Assembly (NCBI GenBank): GCA_030640585.1
Contig: DAOWIZ010000080.1
Coordinates: forward strand, 1 to 60,071
Direction: 5' to 3'
DNA: 60,071 bases
Source: Thermoplasmata archaeon
GTDB taxonomy: Archaea; Thermoplasmatota; E2; DHVEG-1
Shown: piece after piece, positions 9,150 to 18,470 of the stretch
Layout: the number at the start of each line of letters is the position of its first letter
How positions within the stretch are numbered: the stretch's first letter is position 1
Position numbers and translations under genes: made by a program
The notes under the pieces: generated by a model
Database searches by the model: none
What the model was told of the DNA's origin: nothing
What the model saw: only the letters and a program-made list of their open reading frames with translations

Positions 9150-9629
9150 TCACCTTAAAGTAAAATACAGGGTGAGGGCTACAATATAAATAAGACCATC
9201 AATTACAACAATTCTGGAGACGCGTGCTTCTTTTCCGATTTCAACTGGTGCCTTATACAATATTTCTGTGATTGGATGATCAGGATCATCTATTTGCCAG
9301 TCGGGATGTTGATTTAGCATCGATATGTTAATCCAGGAGATCCCATACAAAGTTCCTTTGGGAACACTTCTATTAATATAATCTGTAAATTCATCGATGT
9401 ATTCTGCGGTGGCATACCTAGCCAATAAACTAGGATATTGTTCAAGATTATCTGGTACTCCTTCAAGACTTGTTAGAATTCCAATACCCAAAATTTCAAG
9501 TTCATTTTCCTCAATTGTTGTTATACTAGGTGAAATATCAAAAGTTCTGACAAAAAATAGTGCCATAAGTAACATACCAGCTACAATAATGACTTCAAAG
9601 ACATGTATCTGAGCATAATTATTCATCAT
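9150..9629 (-). CDS. small class III signal-peptide (pilin-like) protein
   Basis: MMNNYA|QIHVFEVIIVAGMLLMALFFV. ATGA overlap with the upstream gene. Confidence 0.6.
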   Translation of the reverse strand: MMNNYAQIHVFEVIIVAGMLLMALFFVRTFDISPSITTIEENELEILGIGILTSLEGVPDNLEQYPSLLARYATAEYIDEFTDYINRSVPKGTLYGISWINISMLNQHPDWQIDDPDHPITEILYKAPVEIGKEARVSRIVVIDGLIYIVALTLYFTLR

Positions 9630-11536
9630 TTACCTCCTGAAACATTAATAATTCTTTCACCACGTTGAATAGTTAAATCACCTACAGCCCAATAGTAATC
9701 AGGACCTGGAGTGTCCGTATCATGAAATGTGATCTGTAACTTCCCTCCATCCGCGGCATCTACTGATATGTCAGATATCAACATTTTTTTATAAGAATTC
9801 TCACAACGCGGGACAGGATAAGAATTACCATTTATTGTAATCGTCATATTTTCAACTAGGTTATCTGGATCACCTACGGTAAAGATAAGACTGCAGATAT
9901 CGTTTACTTCTAGACCTTTTGTTAATGTTAAATTTGTGATTGTGAACATAGTAGCAGAACCAGAACCTGTAGAATTGCAAACAAAGTCATAACCAACGCT
10001 TCCGGTATCACGTTCCACTGAGTTTACCTTGTTTGGATTTTCCCATTTGTAATCCCGAGAATGAGTTCCATATACATATGCAACTGGGATTGATTCCTCC
10101 TGACTAGTAACATCCTCGGATACCTTGGCTTCAAATTTGCGAACAAATATCCAATCGTAGTATGCAGTAGTACTATCTTCCGTTGTACAAAGACCGAAAT
10201 AACCATCTCCAATAGGAGCAGGTGCGTATAGGTAGCCGCCAACTGAATAGTTTTCATAAAAATAACGGCAAACTATAGTGTAACTTTCATTTATAATATA
10301 TGTAAGTCTATTCCATCCTTGATTAACAGGCAAATCAGATGAGTTTTTAACTGTAGAAGTATCATCTATTATCGAGAGATTTTTATTATATCCGCTGGTA
10401 AAGTTTCCTGATGCAAATAGATATCCATGATCATAAGGAGCTCCGCTGCTTCCATCGTTTCTTGCAAACATGCTTGCTTCTCTTATATCTCCAACTGTTT
10501 TTGCTTTGGTTTCTATAACACATGAGGATGAACCAACTTGTATTGTGGAGTTTATTGCAGATCCATTTGTTAAAACTAGTTCACCATCCTCAATATATAT
10601 CTCTTCATTAGAAGTATTATACGGGTACCACCTACCAGAATCCGGATATGTCCCAGATGTTGTAAAGTCATCAAAGAAATCAAACGTGGCACTTCCATTA
10701 CTCAAAGGTGATGCAGAAACTTTGCCATGATACATAAAAATAATAGTGTCCTCTGGATATGAAAGAGATGTAATATTCACCCATATTCTTGATGTGTGTG
10801 TATCCCTAGGATACCATCTTTCTATCCAGTAATTTAACTTAGTGCCAGAGTTATCAGTAAAATTTAAGTCGGATCCGTCACTATTAGCCGTTGAATAATC
10901 AAAGTTAGTATCATCTAATTGGATTAGAATCTGATAGTCTGATAAAGGTCCAACTGGATTTTTTATTATAATAGGAGTTCTATATTTCCATTCCTTAAGG
11001 CTATCAGGCCAATTGTTATTGTTTGATGAATTTGTTACTCTTGTATGTCCTGTATTCCCCGTTGAGGTATTAGTACCAAAATCAAATCTATATATGTAGT
11101 CGTAACTATTGCAAGAAATATTTATCGCACCGTTCCCTCCATATATTTTACCGGATATTTCTATCGATTGTTTATTTGTGACATTGTAAAGCGTACTTTT
11201 TTCATTGATATTTCCATTGGTTGATCTAACATATACTGCACTATTATCGATTTCTATATAGTAAGAAAAATGATCCGCTAACCTGAGGGGAATCTCTAAT
11301 ACTGTCGAATAATTTGCATTTGGGTACTGTTCTTTCAATACATAAACATTTATTATCGCGTTTGCCACTCGATTTGCAATATTTTTAGCATGTATCTCAG
11401 ATGCATCACTGGCTTTCTCCTCGATAAGAGCATTAGTTGTAATTATAGTAACAGCGATTATAACCGTTGTTAAAGAAAGTGTTAACATATAACCTATTAA
11501 ATGAGAGACCCCGGAATTATTTTTTAAAATCCTCAT
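9626..11536 (-). CDS. class III signal-peptide protein with DUF2341-like and LamG/ConA-like lectin-type region
   Basis: MRILKNNSG|VSHLIGYMLTLSLTTVIIAV. The central WKYRTPIIIKNP..LSDYQILIQLD..NFDYS.ANSDGSDLNF.D..G.KLNYWIE pattern resembles DUF2341 (family recalled, not searched). ATGA overlaps at both ends. Confidence 0.75.
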   Translation of the reverse strand: MRILKNNSGVSHLIGYMLTLSLTTVIIAVTIITTNALIEEKASDASEIHAKNIANRVANAIINVYVLKEQYPNANYSTVLEIPLRLADHFSYYIEIDNSAVYVRSTNGNINEKSTLYNVTNKQSIEISGKIYGGNGAINISCNSYDYIYRFDFGTNTSTGNTGHTRVTNSSNNNNWPDSLKEWKYRTPIIIKNPVGPLSDYQILIQLDDTNFDYSTANSDGSDLNFTDNSGTKLNYWIERWYPRDTHTSRIWVNITSLSYPEDTIIFMYHGKVSASPLSNGSATFDFFDDFTTSGTYPDSGRWYPYNTSNEEIYIEDGELVLTNGSAINSTIQVGSSSCVIETKAKTVGDIREASMFARNDGSSGAPYDHGYLFASGNFTSGYNKNLSIIDDTSTVKNSSDLPVNQGWNRLTYIINESYTIVCRYFYENYSVGGYLYAPAPIGDGYFGLCTTEDSTTAYYDWIFVRKFEAKVSEDVTSQEESIPVAYVYGTHSRDYKWENPNKVNSVERDTGSVGYDFVCNSTGSGSATMFTITNLTLTKGLEVNDICSLIFTVGDPDNLVENMTITINGNSYPVPRCENSYKKMLISDISVDAADGGKLQITFHDTDTPGPDYYWAVGDLTIQRGERIINVSGGK

Positions 11537-13413
11537 CTTACCCCCCCTATGTTTACTTCGATGAACGAACTATCGAGAACAAAAGACGTTCCATCTGTTT
11601 GATAATATATTGTGTTTGGTCTATCTTGTATTTTTTCAAAATCATATGACATAGTGAAATAATTTATCCATAAATCTTTGACTTCTTTTAATGAATCATA
11701 TATCTGCATTTTGAAATTGTATATGTTGGAAAATTTTGGTTCTCGACTATAGCTATTTTTCATATTGAGTCCAAGTTCATATATTCTAGCACCACCAGCA
11801 CATGCTACATAGGATTCACCTATCTGTATTATCCTAAATCCAATAGCACCATTGCCCTCATCTTCCTCAAAAAAAGATGGACCGCTTTTTATACTATTAC
11901 TTATAGGTCCAAATAATAATATGCCGCCGTTTTCAAAAATTATTTTTTGAGTGCCCATATCATGACGAGACTCATAGGTTATAGAACCAAGATCAAACAC
12001 CCAAATCCTCCCAAAAGGCACATATCCCCTCAAACCACCAGCGGGATAAATATTGTTAAATAAATCTATTCTTAATGTACCGCTTAGTGGTCTGTCATTC
12101 TGAGTGGTTATTGTCCATGTATGAGGAGGACCAACATTATCCGTAACATCAGGAGATTCAGCATGATATGAATCTTCTGGCAAGTAATCTCCTGTTTGAA
12201 CATGTATTTCAGTTATATTATCTGGTTCGTATATAGTTTCATTCTTGTCTTTTGCTTGTAACGTTAATGTATATGTACCGGGTTTTGCATAAATATGCTT
12301 AAAACCATTATACCATGTATTGTTTGGTTGTAAGCCTGAATCGCTGATGCCACCATCTCCCCAAAAAATTCTATAACTAATGTCATCATTATTAGTAGGA
12401 TCCACTGCTTTTACTGAAATCGATTCGTTTACACCAGAATAAAAAGATGGTAATGGGGTAATAAACTCCGGAGTGTTTGGCGTAGTATCATCTATATATT
12501 TTATTCTATATCCCAAATCGTAACCAGGGACTGGATACCAGGATGACCCACCATCCGTAGTAGTATTTGCACCACAAGAACTATAATAAGAACTATAGGG
12601 AGAATCCTTGTCAAGATACCATTTGTAATAATTATAACTCCCATTTGCGAAGCTACCTCCGGAAGTATTTATACCAATATGATAAATTTTAGTAATATCT
12701 AATTGGATGTTGTGTGAACTGAAATCACATTCAATCCACTCATAAGAAGACGATATATCCTCCGATGGCACTATGACAGATGCCAATAGGTTATTTGGGA
12801 TCCCTCCGGTGTATATAGAAACATTTAGATCACTAGAAACTACACCTCTTTCCTCAACATATATCTTAACCTTATCTAATTCCCAGTTATCATTTGGTGG
12901 AGTAAATGATTGTGCACACCAAGTATTTTGATATATCTTTTTATATGGTGTTGTTTCGAAAGCCAATTGCTCTGTTGTTTCTCCAGGATCAAGCCAATAA
13001 ATTTGTACTCCGTCTATAAGACCTAAAGTTTCAGCTTCTATCGTAAATGTATTAGTTTCATTGTCCAAACCTGACACATTGAAATCAAAATCTTTGGGAG
13101 TGTAAGGTGAATCAGGGAATGTATACATTAGTATGAGTTTACTACCTTGAGAATCAATATTTAGAGAGGCTTCCTTATTAGTACTAACAACATTGCTAAC
13201 TCCCTTAGCTCCATATCCATCAATGATTAAACCCCGCATAGTGTTGTACATGATGTCAAATCCACCAAAAACAGTCTGAGATTCACCCATTATCTCTTTT
13301 TCTTCAATATAAGGAAGACCCCAAAAAAGAACCGCAGTTACAACCCCCAATACAATAGAAAGAGTCATTAATGTTGAAACAACCTCACTGACTGCATTAT
13401 TACTTATTTTCAT
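11533..13413 (-). CDS. class III signal-peptide (Pilin_N-like) protein with a PKD-like insert
   Basis: MKISNNA|VSEVVSTLMTLSIVLGVVTAVLFWG. Has one PKD-like module (ISYRIFWGDGG...YAKPGTYTLTLQAKD). Its N- and C-terminal segments are paralogous to those of the 1360-aa protein. Confidence 0.75.
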   Translation of the reverse strand: MKISNNAVSEVVSTLMTLSIVLGVVTAVLFWGLPYIEEKEIMGESQTVFGGFDIMYNTMRGLIIDGYGAKGVSNVVSTNKEASLNIDSQGSKLILMYTFPDSPYTPKDFDFNVSGLDNETNTFTIEAETLGLIDGVQIYWLDPGETTEQLAFETTPYKKIYQNTWCAQSFTPPNDNWELDKVKIYVEERGVVSSDLNVSIYTGGIPNNLLASVIVPSEDISSSYEWIECDFSSHNIQLDITKIYHIGINTSGGSFANGSYNYYKWYLDKDSPYSSYYSSCGANTTTDGGSSWYPVPGYDLGYRIKYIDDTTPNTPEFITPLPSFYSGVNESISVKAVDPTNNDDISYRIFWGDGGISDSGLQPNNTWYNGFKHIYAKPGTYTLTLQAKDKNETIYEPDNITEIHVQTGDYLPEDSYHAESPDVTDNVGPPHTWTITTQNDRPLSGTLRIDLFNNIYPAGGLRGYVPFGRIWVFDLGSITYESRHDMGTQKIIFENGGILLFGPISNSIKSGPSFFEEDEGNGAIGFRIIQIGESYVACAGGARIYELGLNMKNSYSREPKFSNIYNFKMQIYDSLKEVKDLWINYFTMSYDFEKIQDRPNTIYYQTDGTSFVLDSSFIEVNIGGVR

Positions 13414-13671
13414 ATCGTTTAATTATCCTTTAATCAATTTGATCCATTTTTCTGATATTTCTATCAATATTTTCTATGACTAAGTTATGACCCAGAAAAA
13501 CTGATGTTAATATGTTAAGAAAAATATAATCTAGGGTAAAATTATGATTTAATTCTCCTAGCATTCATCCCACTCCTATACTTTATTCTAGAGAACATCT
13601 TAAGCTATCTAATAGCCTATTAATTAAAAAGCTTTTTGCTCTTATATTCATAGGATAGAAGAAGGAACAGT

Positions 13672-16600
13672 TTATTCTAAATTGATTTTAATTAAAGCCG
13701 TTTTAAAAACCAACTGTTTTCCGTTATAACCGTCATAAGCTAGGAAACCATCAGATTGAGACTTAAACTTATAAGTCCTTGTTAAATACTCATGCCAAGA
13801 ACTACTATGTTCACCTGAATATTTGATTTTTAAACCATATGCATTGCAGTTCTGTTCATCTAAAAATCCTTGTTCTCTGGTAAAAGTATTCAGATTTTTG
13901 AAAGAAATCTCATAAGTTTCAGCACCACTACCGCTTTTTGAAACAGTGGTATCTTCTCTGATCATAGTTACGGTAAATCCAAGAATGTTTCCGTTCTCAA
14001 AGATATTATTTGAATAGCTACATCTATCTACACTGGCATCACCTGATAAAACTGACAATACACCACCATTCTGAAGAATTGTCTTATGTTCTCCATCTGC
14101 AACAATACGTCCAGTCTTAAACCCATAAATTTTACCAAATGGAACTTTACCTGCAGCAGGATCATTTGTAGATGGATAATTGTCGTTAAATAGATAGATG
14201 CAAAACGTACCAGTTAAATCCTTCTTAGTAGGGACGATGGGCATACTGATAGGATTGCCACCAAATGATTCGGAGGATATATTATCTGGTGGAACAATAT
14301 ACTGATCAGACAGTCTTATCGCCATTGGATCAGACCAATCACTCGTATCCTCATTTACATCTTCGGCTTTAACTCTAATTTCGTAAACACCAGGAGATGT
14401 CCAATAATGCGAGGGATATGGGCCACCCCATTCCTCAATGCTCGTATTAGCAGGATAGCTGCTACCAGTCTTATAATACTCGCTGCCATCTCCCCAGTCA
14501 AACCAATAATAAATATTATCTCCCTCTAAATCAAAAGATATGACACTAAAGATATACTCAATATTAGTACCATCTACACCACTGTAATACCTCGCAGGAT
14601 CGTCAACTCCAACAGCTGTAAAACCAGTAGGAATAGCAGGAGCACCGCCTGCGCTTACAAAAGCACAAACCTCATCATCATAAAAACTAGTTTGACCAAT
14701 TGTATCAGTTACACGAAGCATACACGTATGAGTATTATAATCACCATAATCATGGCTAACAGTATCGGATGAACCAGAATCATCAGCACTAAAAACCCCG
14801 GTATAATCAAAATCCCAGGCAAACTCATTTATACCATTATCATCAGATGAGCCACTAGCATCAAAATCAATTGTAGCATTCGGGCCACCATTATCAGCAT
14901 CAGTCCAATCGAAAAGAGCAGTTGGAGGATTATCTCCCGGTCCAACAGCCTGAACAATATGTGAGGTATAACCATATGCACCATCGTTGTCCCTTACACG
15001 AAGCCAACAGTTATGAGTATTATAATCAGTATAATTATGGATAACATTGACACCATAAGCATCAGGAGTAAAGAATGTCATTCCATCCCGATCAAAGTCC
15101 CATGAATAATTTACTATCCAACCACTACCTGAATCAAATGAACAACTAGCATCAAAACTTATTTCAGCACCCGGATCACCACCATCAATATCATTCCAAT
15201 TGAAACAAGCCGTTGGAGGATTAGCAGTTGAAGCAGTAGTACTAGCATAATCTGTACTCCATCGCCCATAATACTCCCCGGTACTTACTAATTCTTCTTT
15301 AGCATAGGTCCATGCGCGTATGTAATAGGTTATACCAGGGGTTACAGAGTTTGTACATGAGGCTCCCGTATCATTATCGTACCAGACCAACGCAGATGAA
15401 TCATCTGGATCCGAAGGATAACTACCAACCTTAGCTAATACCTTTGTATACACAACAGCACCAGTAATGTCACATGGTGCTTTATCCCATGTAACACAAA
15501 TCGTATTCGGGCCAGAGCCACCTTCATTTTTAGCTAAGTTAGAAGGTGGAGGTGGCACTGTAAAGAAAGGCTCTGGTCCACCATATTCAGTAAAAAACGA
15601 ACTTTCAGGAGTAACTGCTTTGGTACTCGCAACATATAAATCCCCTGAATTAAGATCTGCAACCTCTGCATCAAATGGACCCGCAGTGACACGATTCCCA
15701 GCAGGCTCATAGGCAGGTCCACATGAGGGAAAACAATTTGTATAACCAACAGAACACGCAGTTCCTTCACTACGCGTAGCGTCTAAAGCAAAAAGTAACC
15801 CGCTATCATCCAAATAACCGCTCAATGTTGCCGTAGTTGTTCCAACGTTTTCCTCGGGCGGCGATGTTGTAGTGACCTCAGGTTTCTCAACATAATGGAC
15901 TATTAGTTTCGGTTTATTACTACTGGCTCTACGTGAATAAAAATCGAAATGGTCAGTTTTATCGCCAGATTCATGGCCGGAAATCAGCCAACCATAATTC
16001 GTTCTTGTACCATCCCACATATCTCTTGTACTTTGTGTCATACCCCTACCACCATATAAAGGAGAACTATCACCCCAAGTCACCCAGCCAAAACTACTGG
16101 GTAATGTCGCTTCTGCAATTGTGTCAACATTAGACTCAGGTGGTGGTCGCAGTCGCATATGCACTCGGTGGGCACCTAATAAGGGCCACTCTTGGAGGCC
16201 GGATGCATCCCAGTATCTCCAGCTGGTATCACCGGATCCGGCCTCCAAGCCCTTCCAGTCATAATCATTAACTTCATTAGCAAAAACTGCATCACCGGCA
16301 GGATTATCTTCTAAATATTGGTAATAATATAGCTTCAATTCTGCTTTCTCAATAAATGCATCAGAAGGAATTTGATATAACGAAAATTTTAGTAATGCTC
16401 GATTCTTAGTACCAATGGGACCAGGATCAACTCTTAGCCACTCTTTCGTACAGCCATCTGTGTTAGTAGGGAAAAATCTCGAAATATAACAGTCTCGATG
16501 TGAATAAAAAGTTCTCCCTGATTCTGGTTCTTCTTCCTCTAGTGTTGTAAAATACCATGCCGGACCAATAGTAGAAAGATCATGATTATCCCTCGCAACT

Positions 16601-17754
16601 ATCTTCCAAAAATATGCTGTTTCATAGTTAAGTTCGGGTAGATTATACGGTATTGGTGTATAGTCATAGTCAAATGGTCCAATCGTATCATAATATGGTG
16701 GATTTAATGGATTTTGAGTACCAAAGTATATATCATATGTAACAGTATCACCAGAATCTGGATCACCTCCATCCCAACTAAGGTCATGATGGACATCGAC
16801 ATCGGTTTCGCCATCCTCTGGATCTGGATTACTGGGAACAAACGGAGAATGATCTATATCACCAAGCGGTTTAAGCTTAAACGGGGCACAAGACATCTTA
16901 CTAACACCAACAGAACCGGAAACAACAACAGCTTCAACATCTGACTTTGCTAAAAAACCATCAGCGAAATAGGCATTACCTGATTCCAAAATTAAATCAA
17001 AACTACGTTCCTTTGAAAAATTTTTTTCTATTGAAAACAACGAGATCTCTTCACTAGCTACATCAAATAAAACATCACCCACACTTAGCATTCCAGCTTC
17101 AACCCACATGTTATCAACAAATAACCTGTGATTAGGAGTAACTCTTAATTCATTATTAATAACTAGATAATAATCACTCATACGATCCGCACTATAAGAC
17201 AACAGTGCCTTTACATAAGCATCAACAAACTCCTTAGAAACTTCATCATATGACTTAACAACATCCCCTGCTCTGATGTCCTCAATGTTCTTCTGGGATC
17301 CATCTGCCATATCTATTTTTGTACCCGCAAGAAAACATGTATCATAAAGCCAATAAACAGTGGCACTATGGACATCTGGACCAGAAATAGAAAACTGATT
17401 ATCATCCAGAGTTACATTAAAATCCCAATCTTTATCATTAGAGTTAGAGTACAAGATTATTACCCCTTCATCATCGGAATCATCAATCCCAATAGAACCA
17501 CTGTTAATAGTAATCTCACTAGTGAAACTAGAACCATTCCCATCTCCAACTAAATTTCCAAGAACCTTATCAGCGATTTTAAATTGATTAACAATGGATT
17601 TATTCTCATTTTTATTTTCCTCGGTTTTAATGTACTGTGGTCCCCACACAAGAATTGTACCAGTTGCTGAGAAAAAAATCATCATTACAAGGAGTAAAGA
17701 TAGTACAGATGAGACAGCTTCATTATTTATTCTAAAATTTTTTATTTTTTTCAT
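13672..17754 (-). CDS. giant (1360 aa) class III signal-peptide protein: pilin-like core split by a Hint domain, Fn3-like modules and three PKD-like modules
   Basis: MKKIKNFRINNEA|VSSVLSLLLVMMIFFSATGTILVWG. CFLAGTKIDMADG Hint block at residue 140. PKD-like YSWDFDRDG, FAWDFDYTG and YYWFDWGDG modules. GGAGGGG SD upstream. Confidence 0.8.
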   Translation of the reverse strand: MKKIKNFRINNEAVSSVLSLLLVMMIFFSATGTILVWGPQYIKTEENKNENKSIVNQFKIADKVLGNLVGDGNGSSFTSEITINSGSIGIDDSDDEGVIILYSNSNDKDWDFNVTLDDNQFSISGPDVHSATVYWLYDTCFLAGTKIDMADGSQKNIEDIRAGDVVKSYDEVSKEFVDAYVKALLSYSADRMSDYYLVINNELRVTPNHRLFVDNMWVEAGMLSVGDVLFDVASEEISLFSIEKNFSKERSFDLILESGNAYFADGFLAKSDVEAVVVSGSVGVSKMSCAPFKLKPLGDIDHSPFVPSNPDPEDGETDVDVHHDLSWDGGDPDSGDTVTYDIYFGTQNPLNPPYYDTIGPFDYDYTPIPYNLPELNYETAYFWKIVARDNHDLSTIGPAWYFTTLEEEEPESGRTFYSHRDCYISRFFPTNTDGCTKEWLRVDPGPIGTKNRALLKFSLYQIPSDAFIEKAELKLYYYQYLEDNPAGDAVFANEVNDYDWKGLEAGSGDTSWRYWDASGLQEWPLLGAHRVHMRLRPPPESNVDTIAEATLPSSFGWVTWGDSSPLYGGRGMTQSTRDMWDGTRTNYGWLISGHESGDKTDHFDFYSRRASSNKPKLIVHYVEKPEVTTTSPPEENVGTTTATLSGYLDDSGLLFALDATRSEGTACSVGYTNCFPSCGPAYEPAGNRVTAGPFDAEVADLNSGDLYVASTKAVTPESSFFTEYGGPEPFFTVPPPPSNLAKNEGGSGPNTICVTWDKAPCDITGAVVYTKVLAKVGSYPSDPDDSSALVWYDNDTGASCTNSVTPGITYYIRAWTYAKEELVSTGEYYGRWSTDYASTTASTANPPTACFNWNDIDGGDPGAEISFDASCSFDSGSGWIVNYSWDFDRDGMTFFTPDAYGVNVIHNYTDYNTHNCWLRVRDNDGAYGYTSHIVQAVGPGDNPPTALFDWTDADNGGPNATIDFDASGSSDDNGINEFAWDFDYTGVFSADDSGSSDTVSHDYGDYNTHTCMLRVTDTIGQTSFYDDEVCAFVSAGGAPAIPTGFTAVGVDDPARYYSGVDGTNIEYIFSVISFDLEGDNIYYWFDWGDGSEYYKTGSSYPANTSIEEWGGPYPSHYWTSPGVYEIRVKAEDVNEDTSDWSDPMAIRLSDQYIVPPDNISSESFGGNPISMPIVPTKKDLTGTFCIYLFNDNYPSTNDPAAGKVPFGKIYGFKTGRIVADGEHKTILQNGGVLSVLSGDASVDRCSYSNNIFENGNILGFTVTMIREDTTVSKSGSGAETYEISFKNLNTFTREQGFLDEQNCNAYGLKIKYSGEHSSSWHEYLTRTYKFKSQSDGFLAYDGYNGKQLVFKTALIKINLE
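16942..17337 (-). other. Hint domain lacking the C-terminal His-Asn (Hedgehog / B-type BIL-like), residues C140 to about S271 of the 1360-aa protein
   Basis: Block A is CFLAGTKIDMADG and block B is RVTPNH. The terminal region is SFDLILESGNAYFADGFLAKS, with no HN. Confidence 0.7.
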
Positions 17755-18066
17755 TTTTATATCCCCTCCAGAGGATTATTAAATCTAATAATATGTCTTA
17801 AAGTGCATTCCATGTGAACTAATAGATAACTCGCTAAAAAACTTTTTGCAGATGTTGTATAATTGTACATTGCTTTCCTACTCCTCGCGATATATTCTGT
17901 TACTTTTAGTATATAAATGTTTCGTGACAAAATGCTAAATATGTCAAATTGCGCTTCGGGTACCACTCATTTCCACTCACTTCGTTCACTATAGACCAGG
18001 TGAAATTCTTTCTTTAAAAGGATTATGTAAAAGTATACAAAAATATATATTTATTAGAGAACAGTT

Positions 18067-18443
18067 GTGACATCCTCCCACCACCAAAATCATAGATTTT
18101 GGATGGGGGCTTCCAGTTTAACTTCACTATATTTACTCCTTCACAGCCTCTGCTCAGGGAGCGTTATCTTGGAATTTCCGGTTCCTGCTTCATCCACCAG
18201 ACTCGGTCTCCCATTTCTGGGGTTACGGAGGTCTTGATGTCCAACCTACCAAGTCTACCTTGGTCAACATATTGCCAGCACTTTCAGCCTTGCAATAATA
18301 CGGCTTTACACAGGCGTAAATTAGAGGTTGCCCCTCCCTATTTAGGTGATAGATATGCAAAGTAGATATATAAAGATAACGTCAATTCATCTACCACCAA
18401 ACATTTTGTTTGGAAGTAGACTTCTTGACCGGAAAAAAGTTAA
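18067..18443 (-). mobile_element. MITE-like non-autonomous derivative of the TnpB element (both ends present, no ORF, GC-rich structured core; omega-RNA-like)
   Basis: Right-end hairpin ggaagcccccatCCAAAATCtatGATTTTGGtggtgggaggatgtcac, and left-end hairpin ctaccaccaaac-attt-tgtttggaagtag plus cttcttgaccggaaaaaagttaa. Both closely match the ends of the element at 24446-25804. The tnpB 3' remnant (aatttacgcc) is broken by stops. Confidence 0.6.
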
Positions 18444-18470
18444 ATAAATTGAAAATATATCAAAAAAACA

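Noticed and set aside
17757-17966. 69-aa GTG-initiated ORF ending 2 nt before the 1360-aa gene.
   Set aside because: It has no motifs and odd composition. It contains the SD (GGAGGGG) and the likely promoter/leader of the downstream gene. I treat it as 5' untranslated region.
18099-18365. 88-aa plus-strand ORF in the GC-rich island. I also asked whether this island could be the SRP (7S) RNA.
   Set aside because: The region is bounded by the same hairpin ends as the TnpB element and contains a stop-riddled tnpB 3' remnant, so the ORF is an artefact of GC-rich non-coding sequence. A GGAA-containing stretch is present (..AGCAGGAACCGGAAAUUCC..), but it cannot form the conserved SRP helix-8 closing pairs or the symmetric loop.
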